This document shows positions 57,100 to 64,000 of a stretch of DNA of 64,000 nucleotides, piece after piece. Each line of letters opens with the position of its first letter. Position 1 is the stretch's first letter. Made by a program: the position numbers and the translations under genes. Source of the DNA: Minisyncoccia bacterium. GTDB lineage: Bacteria > Patescibacteriota > Minisyncoccia > Phycocordibacterales > CAJBRS01. The stretch is taken from positions 50,712-114,711 of the forward strand of contig JBBQRF010000002.1 in the NCBI GenBank assembly GCA_038215155.1, read 5' to 3'. The notes beneath the pieces were generated by a model, which did no database searches, was not told where the DNA came from, and was given only the letters and a program-made list of their open reading frames with translations.

Positions 57100-57540
57100 A
57101 TGCAATCAAATCACCTAAAAAGAATTCATAAAAATAAAAAGTCCCTCGCAGTTGGTCGTGGTGGAAAAAGAGGGAAGACCGCCGGACGCGGAACTAAGGG
57201 TCAGAAAGCTCGCTCTGGGCGCAAACTCCGCCCTGAGTTGCGGGATATCATTAAAAAATTACCAAAACTACGCGGCCGTGGCAAAAATTCCTTTCTAAGT
57301 ATTCAAGAAAAACCAATCACTATTAATTTAGCGGTTCTCGAAAAGGTATTTAATAATGGTGACAAAATTTCAGTTACCACTTTGGTCCAAAAGAAAGTAG
57401 TAAATCTCTATAAAGGAAAATCTCCCGTAGTGAAAATTCTGGGAGATGGTGAACTAACCAAAAAACTAAACATTCAAGGATGCTTGGCTTCTTCTGGCGC
57501 TAAAAGTAAAATAGAAAAAGCTGGCGGTACGATAAAGTAA
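57100..57540 (+). CDS. rplO: 50S ribosomal protein L15 (no L30 gene between rpsE and rplO)
   Basis: GRGGKRGKTAGRGTKGQKARSG. Confidence 0.95.
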   Translation: MQSNHLKRIHKNKKSLAVGRGGKRGKTAGRGTKGQKARSGRKLRPELRDIIKKLPKLRGRGKNSFLSIQEKPITINLAVLEKVFNNGDKISVTTLVQKKVVNLYKGKSPVVKILGDGELTKKLNIQGCLASSGAKSKIEKAGGTIK

Positions 57541-57550
57541 AATATTCTCT

Positions 57551-58822
57551 ATGAATACATTTATAGAAAAATTAAAAGCAATCTTCAGTGATCCAGCAAT
57601 CCGCAAGCGGATTATTTTTGTTTTAGTGGCGCTAGTGCTTTTTCGTCTATTAGCCGCTATTCCTGTTCCAAATATTGATCACGCCCAATTAGCTAACTTC
57701 TTTAATAACAACGCATTCTTCGGCCTACTAGGAGTTTTCTCAGGTGGCGGACTCTCTACTCTTTCAATTATTATGTTAGGAGTAGCTCCTTACATCACTG
57801 CCTCCATTATTATGCAGCTATTAACTATGATGTCCCCACGCCTTAAGGCAATGTATCAAGAGGAGGGTGAAGCTGGACGAATGAAATTCACTCAATATTC
57901 TCGCCTTCTGACGCTACCTTTGGCTATTCTTCAAGCTTTTGCTTACATGATTCTCTTCCAGAAACAGGGAGTAGTGGCGCATTTAGATACCTTAGGATTG
58001 GTCACCAATATTTTAGTTATTTCTGCGGGCTCAATTTTATTAATGTGGATTGGCGAATTAATTACGGAATTCGGTGTTGGGAACGGAGTCTCAATTCTAA
58101 TTTTTGCCGGTATTGTGTCACGTCTCCCTCAGGATTTATTGCAGCTATTTTATACTTTTGATCAATCACAAATTCCAACTTACTTACTATTTTTAGCAGG
58201 GGCTATCTTAATTGTCTACGGCGTTGTGGTGGTGACAGAAGCGGAAAGACCAATTCCTGTCACCTATGCTAAACAAGTCAGAGGAAACAAAGTCTATGGC
58301 GGGGTTTCAACTTATCTTCCATTGCGCCTAAATCAATCTGGAGTCATTCCCATTATTTTTGCTCTCTCAATTTTACTTTTTCCTCAAATGATTTTCCGTT
58401 TTTTTCAAACATCTTCACATGTCTGGATTGCCTCCACCTCCGCGACGATATTGTCCCTATTGGCTAATCAATTAGTTTACGGCATTTCTTATTTCGTCCT
58501 AGTTTTTCTTTTCACATATTTTTATACAGCCGTTACTTTTGATCCAGGGACTATATCGACTAATCTTCAGAAGAGTGGCGCTTTTATTCCCGGCGTACGC
58601 CCCGGAAACTCTACTTCGGAATACATGAGTAAGGTTCTAACCAGAATTACTCTAGTGGGGGCACTTTTCCTCGGAGTCATCGCCGTTCTGCCACTTGTCG
58701 CTCGAGCGTTCACAGGTAATCAGTCGCTAGCCATTGGAGGAACCGCACTTCTCATTGCCGTGTCCGTGGTTTTGGATTTAGTTAAGAAAATTGATGCGCA
58801 GCTCGGTATGCGCGAATATTAG
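57551..58822 (+). CDS. secY: Preprotein translocase subunit SecY
   Basis: 10-TM protein. GGLSTLSIIMLGVAPYITASII. Position after rplO. Confidence 0.97.
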   Translation: MNTFIEKLKAIFSDPAIRKRIIFVLVALVLFRLLAAIPVPNIDHAQLANFFNNNAFFGLLGVFSGGGLSTLSIIMLGVAPYITASIIMQLLTMMSPRLKAMYQEEGEAGRMKFTQYSRLLTLPLAILQAFAYMILFQKQGVVAHLDTLGLVTNILVISAGSILLMWIGELITEFGVGNGVSILIFAGIVSRLPQDLLQLFYTFDQSQIPTYLLFLAGAILIVYGVVVVTEAERPIPVTYAKQVRGNKVYGGVSTYLPLRLNQSGVIPIIFALSILLFPQMIFRFFQTSSHVWIASTSATILSLLANQLVYGISYFVLVFLFTYFYTAVTFDPGTISTNLQKSGAFIPGVRPGNSTSEYMSKVLTRITLVGALFLGVIAVLPLVARAFTGNQSLAIGGTALLIAVSVVLDLVKKIDAQLGMREY

Positions 58823-58824
58823 AA

Positions 58825-59433
58825 ATGATTCCTCAAACTATTATTTTTGTAGGGCGCAGTGGTTGTGGCAAAGGTACGCAATCAGATCTGCTTCATAAAT
58901 ATATTAATACGGAAGACAAGGAGAATCATTTGATTTTTTACATGGAAACGGGTGCTCGTTTTAGAGAATTCATTGAACGAGATAATTTCACCAGCAAGAT
59001 TGCTAAAGAGGTGGCTATGAGTGGTGAAAGACAGCCGGACTTTTTGGCAGTGTGGATGTGGTCAAATATTATCATTGAAAATTTTACTGAGAACGAGCAC
59101 TTAATCATTGATGGCACTCCTCGGTCCTTGGCAGAAGCAAGGGTTTTGGATTCAGCTATCAAGTTTTATAAAAAACAAAATTCTAAAGTAATTTATTTAA
59201 ATGTTGGACGGGAATGGTCCGAAACTCATTTAAAACGACGTGGCCGAGCCGATGATATAAATGTGGAGGAAGTAAAGAAGCGTCTAGACTGGTTTGAAAA
59301 GGATGTAGTTCCAGCCGTTGAGTATTTTCAGAATAATCCTGATTACCAGTTTCTGGAAATTAATGGAGAGCAGAATGCTGACAAGGTCCATTTTGACGTC
59401 ATTCAAGCAGCTTTTGGAGAAAAACTAAAGTAA
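58825..59433 (+). CDS. adk: Adenylate kinase (short form without zinc lid)
   Basis: IIFVGRSGCGKGTQS P-loop. Position after secY. Confidence 0.9.
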   Translation: MIPQTIIFVGRSGCGKGTQSDLLHKYINTEDKENHLIFYMETGARFREFIERDNFTSKIAKEVAMSGERQPDFLAVWMWSNIIIENFTENEHLIIDGTPRSLAEARVLDSAIKFYKKQNSKVIYLNVGREWSETHLKRRGRADDINVEEVKKRLDWFEKDVVPAVEYFQNNPDYQFLEINGEQNADKVHFDVIQAAFGEKLK

Positions 59434-59463
59434 AAATTTCGCTTCCGGCAAAATTTTTTATTA

Positions 59464-60234
59464 ATGATTAAACTAAAGACAGCAGAAGAAATTAAAAAAT
59501 TGCGTCAAGGAGGAAAAATCCTTGCCGCCATTCTCAATGAAATTGCCGGACGCCTTGTGCCCGGTACCAATACTAAGGACCTCAATGTTTTCGCTGATGA
59601 GCTTTGTAAGGCACAGCAAGTTATTCCTGTTTTTCTTAACTATCAGCCTGAAGGCGCCGCTCGACCATACCCTGCTTCAATTTGTATTTCAATTAATGAT
59701 GAAATTGTTCACGGCATTCCCAATAAGGGAAGTGGCCGAATTTTAAAAGAAGGAGATATCGTTTCTCTAGACATGGGCATTAGTCATGACGGAATGATTG
59801 TTGATAGTGCTATTACATTTGGCGTAGGAAAGATTGATGATTCCGCTACGAGATTATTAGCGGCGGGGAAGGAGACCCTGGCGGCGGCTATCGCCGCCGC
59901 CAGGGTCGGCAGCCGCACCGGCGACATCGGTGCGGCCATAGAAGCCGTTGCTACTCGCGCTGGCTTCACCCTTCCAGAAGAGCTCGGCGGCCACGGCGTC
60001 GGCCACGCCGTTCATGAAGACCCTTTCATTCCAAATTTTGGCAAAGCCGGGGAAGGAGTGATACTTAAAGCTGGCATGGTTCTCGCCATTGAGCCCATGC
60101 TCAATGAAGGTAGCAAAGAAACCTTTGTAGATAAAGACGGTTACACTTTTCGTACCACAGACGGCAAGAGAAGCTGCCATTTTGAACACACTATTGCCAT
60201 CTCTGATAAAGGACCAGAAATATTAACTAAATAA
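59464..60234 (+). CDS. map: Methionine aminopeptidase type I
   Basis: Pita-bread fold metal ligands D..D..H..E..E (ISLDMG...HGIP...EPM). Confidence 0.93.
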   Translation: MIKLKTAEEIKKLRQGGKILAAILNEIAGRLVPGTNTKDLNVFADELCKAQQVIPVFLNYQPEGAARPYPASICISINDEIVHGIPNKGSGRILKEGDIVSLDMGISHDGMIVDSAITFGVGKIDDSATRLLAAGKETLAAAIAAARVGSRTGDIGAAIEAVATRAGFTLPEELGGHGVGHAVHEDPFIPNFGKAGEGVILKAGMVLAIEPMLNEGSKETFVDKDGYTFRTTDGKRSCHFEHTIAISDKGPEILTK

Positions 60235-60262
60235 AACTCTCTGAGATAGGCGTGATATAATT

Positions 60263-63049
60263 TTGTTGATGGAAGCACCTATTAGCACTAGTCCAGAAAC
60301 TAAATTTTCTTCAGCCGAAGAAGAGCTTCAATATTTGCGGGAGAAGATTGCGGAAAAAGAACGCGAACTCTCTAAAAATAAAGAGCAGTTTAACCGAGAG
60401 GAAGTAATTAGATCTGAACTAAAAGAATATAAAAACCAGCATCCGGCGGATGTTTTAGATAAAGGCCATGCCATGCTCGAATCGCATGTTGATGCGATAG
60501 TTTTAAATCTGTCTCCCGAATCTCATGATGCAAAAATGAGTGAGCTTCTCGGCTTGCTCCAAGAAAAGGGCATTATGAATGCGTTGTCAGTAGTGGAGAA
60601 AATGAATAATCCCCATATTGAAGACGATTTCCACCGCTTCCTAGTGGAATATATTAAGCAGGGATTTCCAGTCGAGGGGCTAAAAGAAAAAACTCTCATC
60701 GCCAAGGCTCTCCGCCACACTCTCTATGAAATTTCCTTGCCTATGGACGTTGAAAAGGACGAAAAAACTCACGGTCTAAAAGAAGTTTTATCCTCTATGG
60801 AGCAATTTTATGCGGGCATGCTTTCCGTATCTCTAAAGCATGCCGATCTGCGGGCTGAAGAAAACTTCTTTACCATCGAGCTCGCCAACTCTATCGGAAG
60901 TCAAGAATTTATTTTTTACGCTTCAGTTCCCGATGCTAAGCGAGACTTATTTGAAAAACAATTACTTTCCATTTTTCCAAAAGCCACCATTACTCTTCAG
61001 ACAAATGATTACAATGTTTTCACTGATCTTGGTGCTACTGCTGGATCCTATGGAGTTCAATCGACTAATCCAATTTTTCCAATTAAAAATTATGATCAAT
61101 TCAATTTCGACCCTCTAAACGTTCTTTTAAATACTTTTTCTAAATTAGAACAGCACGGAGAAGGGGCAGCTATTCAGTTAGTTTTTAATCCAGCGGGAGA
61201 TTATTACACCTCGCGCTACAAAGACGCCCTAAAAGAAATTCAAAAGGGCGTCCCATTGAAGAAAGCCATTGATATCAAACATAGTTTAGTCGGAGAATTA
61301 TTTAAGACTAGTAAAAATGCTGCCTTGGATTTAGCAGTCGGCACTATAAAAGGTGATTCAAAGGAAAAATCTTCGACCGATGAGAAGACTCTTGAAAATA
61401 TCCGAGAGAAGATAGAAAGTCCGGTTATTGAGGCTAATTTGCGGATTATCACCTCAGCTAAGACAGAATATCGGGCGAAGGAAATTCTTTCGGAAATCCA
61501 ATCGGCCTTTAATCAATTTGATAATACTACCGGTAATGCTATTAGATTCCGAGAGGAAAAAGGTTCTACTCTAGCCAATCTAGTGCGTCATTTTTCCTTT
61601 CGATACTTTGATAAAGATGAATCTCTTAAAATAAATCTGAAAGAGGCTACTACTTTAATGCACTTTCCAAGCGCCGGAGTGGTCCACTCCGCCGAGCTTC
61701 GCTCGGCTCATGCAGCCACCGCTCCGGCGCCCGTTGATTTGGGGAATGAGGGCATTCTTATTGGAATTAATCGTCATCGCAATCTTGAGACGAAAATCCA
61801 CATGGCTCCCGAAGATCGTCTGCGTCACTTTTATGCCGTCGGACAAACTGGTACAGGCAAGACCACTTTCCTTAAGAACATGATCATCCAAGATATTAGA
61901 AATGGTGATGGTGTCTGTATGATTGATCCTCACGGTTCTGATATTCAGGACATTCTCGCTAACATTCCCCAATCTCGTTACGAGGACGTTATTTATTTTG
62001 ATCCAAGCTACACGCCCCGCCCAATGGCTCTAAACATGCTTGAATACGACCCACGTTACCCCGAGCAGAAGACTTTCGTTGTAAATGAAATGCTCTCTAT
62101 CTTCAATAAACTTTTTGATATGAAAGTGGCTGGAGGTCCTATGTTTGAACAATACTTTCGAAACGCCACCATGCTCGTCATTGAAGATCCGGAGACTGGT
62201 AACACCCTTTTAGATGTTTCGCGTGTTTTAGCTCAAAAAAGTTTTCGCGAGTTGAAACTCTCACGTTGTAAAAATCCAATCGTTGTTCAGTTTTGGCGAG
62301 ACATTGCAGAGAAAGCCGGAGGAGAATCATCACTTGCGAATATTGTTCCCTACATTACTTCTAAATTTGACGTCTTTTTATCCAATGACATCATGCGGCC
62401 GATTATTGCCCAAGAACATTCTTCATTTAACTTTCGAGAGATCATGGATAATCGTAAGATCTTGCTGGTAAATTTAGCCAAGGGTCGTCTCGGTGATATT
62501 AACGCTAATCTCATCGGTCTAATTTTAGTAGGGAAAATTTTAATGTCCGCGCTTTCTCGAGTAGATTCTCTTGGCCAAGACTTACCACCTTTTTATCTAT
62601 ACATTGATGAGTTTCAGAACATTACCACTGATTCTATTGCCACCATTCTTTCTGAAGCACGAAAGTACAAACTCTCCCTTACAATTGCTCACCAATTTAT
62701 TAAGCAATTAGAAGAGAAAATAAAAGATGCTGTCTTTGGAAACGTGGGAACTATGGCTTCTTTTAGAGTAGGTAGCGATGATGCAGAGTTTCTAGAAAAA
62801 CAATTTGCTCCAGTCTTTTCAGCCCACGATTTAATGAATGTGGACAATCATAATGCTTACATTAAAATGCTTTCTCACGGCAAGCCGATTAAACCTTTCA
62901 GTATTGAGCAGTTAGGATTTCTGCCAAAAGGTAATGCGGACTTAATAGATAAGTTGAAGGAGTTATCATATTTGAAATTTGGCGAAGAGAGGGAGCTAGT
63001 AGAGGGGCGAATTATGGAGAAGTATCGCGCCGCTGCTACTAAGGTTTAA
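60263..63049 (+). CDS. Large P-loop NTPase of the FtsK/HerA/TraD-TraG (type IV secretion coupling protein-like, 'T4SS DNA-binding domain') superfamily. Uncharacterised ~480-aa N-terminal region.
   Basis: Walker A AVGQTGTGKTTF. Hydrophobic beta-strand plus Walker B FYLYIDEFQN. TIAHQ sensor-like motif. No TM helices evident. Confidence 0.7.
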   Translation: MLMEAPISTSPETKFSSAEEELQYLREKIAEKERELSKNKEQFNREEVIRSELKEYKNQHPADVLDKGHAMLESHVDAIVLNLSPESHDAKMSELLGLLQEKGIMNALSVVEKMNNPHIEDDFHRFLVEYIKQGFPVEGLKEKTLIAKALRHTLYEISLPMDVEKDEKTHGLKEVLSSMEQFYAGMLSVSLKHADLRAEENFFTIELANSIGSQEFIFYASVPDAKRDLFEKQLLSIFPKATITLQTNDYNVFTDLGATAGSYGVQSTNPIFPIKNYDQFNFDPLNVLLNTFSKLEQHGEGAAIQLVFNPAGDYYTSRYKDALKEIQKGVPLKKAIDIKHSLVGELFKTSKNAALDLAVGTIKGDSKEKSSTDEKTLENIREKIESPVIEANLRIITSAKTEYRAKEILSEIQSAFNQFDNTTGNAIRFREEKGSTLANLVRHFSFRYFDKDESLKINLKEATTLMHFPSAGVVHSAELRSAHAATAPAPVDLGNEGILIGINRHRNLETKIHMAPEDRLRHFYAVGQTGTGKTTFLKNMIIQDIRNGDGVCMIDPHGSDIQDILANIPQSRYEDVIYFDPSYTPRPMALNMLEYDPRYPEQKTFVVNEMLSIFNKLFDMKVAGGPMFEQYFRNATMLVIEDPETGNTLLDVSRVLAQKSFRELKLSRCKNPIVVQFWRDIAEKAGGESSLANIVPYITSKFDVFLSNDIMRPIIAQEHSSFNFREIMDNRKILLVNLAKGRLGDINANLIGLILVGKILMSALSRVDSLGQDLPPFYLYIDEFQNITTDSIATILSEARKYKLSLTIAHQFIKQLEEKIKDAVFGNVGTMASFRVGSDDAEFLEKQFAPVFSAHDLMNVDNHNAYIKMLSHGKPIKPFSIEQLGFLPKGNADLIDKLKELSYLKFGEERELVEGRIMEKYRAAATKV

Positions 63050-63052
63050 TTA

Positions 63053-63162
63053 GGAAAATCCTCCTATGTCCTAAGACTTTTGTCGAGGCGCGTCAGTCAA
63101 TTTGGGTCCGCTAGGCCAAGTCTTACCCTCGCTAAAAGTCTCAGGACACATCCGGATTTTCC
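63053..63162. repeat. Copy 2 of the palindromic repeat element (see 20585-20662), here with extended outer inverted repeats (ggaaaatcc...ggattttcc)
   Basis: Core of about 64 nt is roughly 90% identical to copy 1. Nested inverted repeats. Confidence 0.8.
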
Positions 63163-63225
63163 AGGCAGATTTCTTCAAATGGTTTTTTAGTTAAGTAGAA
63201 AGGAGAGGTATTTTCAGGCCTTCGG

Positions 63226-63410
63226 CATTTTCTATTTAGAGAGACTGCGCAGCCAATTAGAAAATAACAGCCAAAAAATTTGGTACCGGAGGCGCGCATA
63301 GGCGGAGACGATAGCGGCGCAGGCAAATTTTTGGGCGCCTTATTTTCTTGATTGGCGAGCGAGAACAAATCGCTAGCAAGCGATTATGTGTGCTCTCTAA
63401 ATAGAAAATG
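63226..63410. mobile_element. MITE-like 185-bp element with perfect 18-bp terminal inverted repeats and a GC-rich interior
   Basis: cattttctatttagagag (63226-63243) and ctctctaaatagaaaatg (63393-63410) are exact reverse complements. Confidence 0.55.
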
Positions 63411-63512
63411 CGGAAGGCGTTAAGAAAAAAACAGACTTAATATACAAACTAGAACAATATGCCGGTTTCATGTAAGATATGATTCTTACTTATTAAATTC
63501 TAAATTTCCAAA

Positions 63513-64000
63513 ATGCCCCACCACAAAGAAGAACGCACCCTAGTCATCATTAAGCCCGATGGAGTTCAGCGAACTCTGATTGGCGAAATTATCAAGCGCT
63601 ATGAAAAAGCCGGCTTAAAATTACTTGGCATAAAAATGATCGTACCTGATATAGAACACATAGAAAAACATTACACCTTAGATCCAAACTGGCGACGAGT
63701 GACGGGTGAAAAAACTATTAAAGGATATCAAGATAAAGGATTGACTCCACCTTCGATGGACCCCTTAGAAATTACAGCTAAAATCCTTGCTGGCTTAAAG
63801 AAGTATCTTTCCAGTGGGCCTGTAATACCGATGGTCTGGCAGGGAGCTCATGCAGTGAAAATTGTCCGAAAGATTACTGGTGGAACGGAACCCTTAACTT
63901 CTGATGTCGGTTCTATTCGTGGAGATTTCGTTCTAGATTCATATCAAATGTCTGATACTGATGGCCGAGCGGTTCGCAACCTCGTTCACGCTTCTGGCTC
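63513..64000 (+). CDS. ndk: Nucleoside diphosphate kinase (3' end beyond the window)
   Basis: ERTLVIIKPDGVQR...YLSSGPVIPMVWQG (GPV/V..WEG-like)...NLVHASG (H..GSD active-site His region). Confidence 0.85.
   Translation, partial: MPHHKEERTLVIIKPDGVQRTLIGEIIKRYEKAGLKLLGIKMIVPDIEHIEKHYTLDPNWRRVTGEKTIKGYQDKGLTPPSMDPLEITAKILAGLKKYLSSGPVIPMVWQGAHAVKIVRKITGGTEPLTSDVGSIRGDFVLDSYQMSDTDGRAVRNLVHASG

Noticed and set aside
63141-63368. 75-aa minus-strand ORF between the ATPase gene and ndk
   Set aside because: It lies within the GC-rich interior of the MITE-like element and repeat copy. It has no RBS or protein-like features.
1-64000. CRISPR arrays, rRNA genes, prophage or IS transposase genes
   Set aside because: I looked for regularly spaced direct repeats, rRNA-like conserved blocks and transposase/integrase ORFs other than xerC. 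None are present in this window.

Overview
This window is a low-GC (about 38-42%), gene-dense fragment that looks like a streamlined Candidate Phyla Radiation (Patescibacteria/Parcubacteria-like) bacterial chromosome.

Contents, in order from the 5' end:
- A LysM/M23 cell-wall peptidase, a ComM/YifB-like AAA+ ATPase, and a DksA/TraR zinc-finger protein.
- The rpsO-NYN-pnp block, a XerC/D-type tyrosine recombinase, xth and cca.
- Four tRNAs: Arg-TCG, Gly-GCC, Pro-TGG and Trp-CCA.
- yraN, a MYG1 family hydrolase and truD.
- A compositionally foreign high-GC gene, followed by an RNHCP protein.
- A trypsin-like protease, hup, rny, clpP and rsmE.
- A VOC/PhnB protein, a trigger factor that lacks a PPIase domain, ppa and nusA.
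- A surface-protein plus type IV pilus locus: pilB, pilC, three pseudopilins and a large tip/adhesin-like protein.
- tpiA, pgk, a HIT protein, recJ and rnhA.
- comEC split from its MBL domain, with sodA between the two parts.
- rpmB, an M50 protease, and the str-S10-spc ribosomal super-operon (rpsL to rplO), then secY, adk and map. There is no L30, which is typical of CPR.
- After map, where the alpha operon would normally follow, a 928-aa TraD/FtsK/HerA-like P-loop ATPase.
- A 5'-partial ndk at the window end.

Sequence features that genes do not explain:
- One gene of clearly foreign GC composition.
- Two copies of a ~65-nt palindromic repeat element, 42 kb apart.
- A 185-bp MITE-like element with perfect 18-bp terminal inverted repeats.
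- A dispersed GTCC(W)TAAAG-type short repeat family inserted between normally abutting ribosomal-protein genes.
- A (ATAAAGTCT)5 tandem repeat at the start of the large pilus gene.
- Duplications of the 3' ends of tRNA-Pro and tRNA-Trp.
- Two ~0.5-0.7 kb GC-elevated, strongly structured noncoding regions flanking xth.

All calls are by eye from protein motifs and sequence. No database searches were run.
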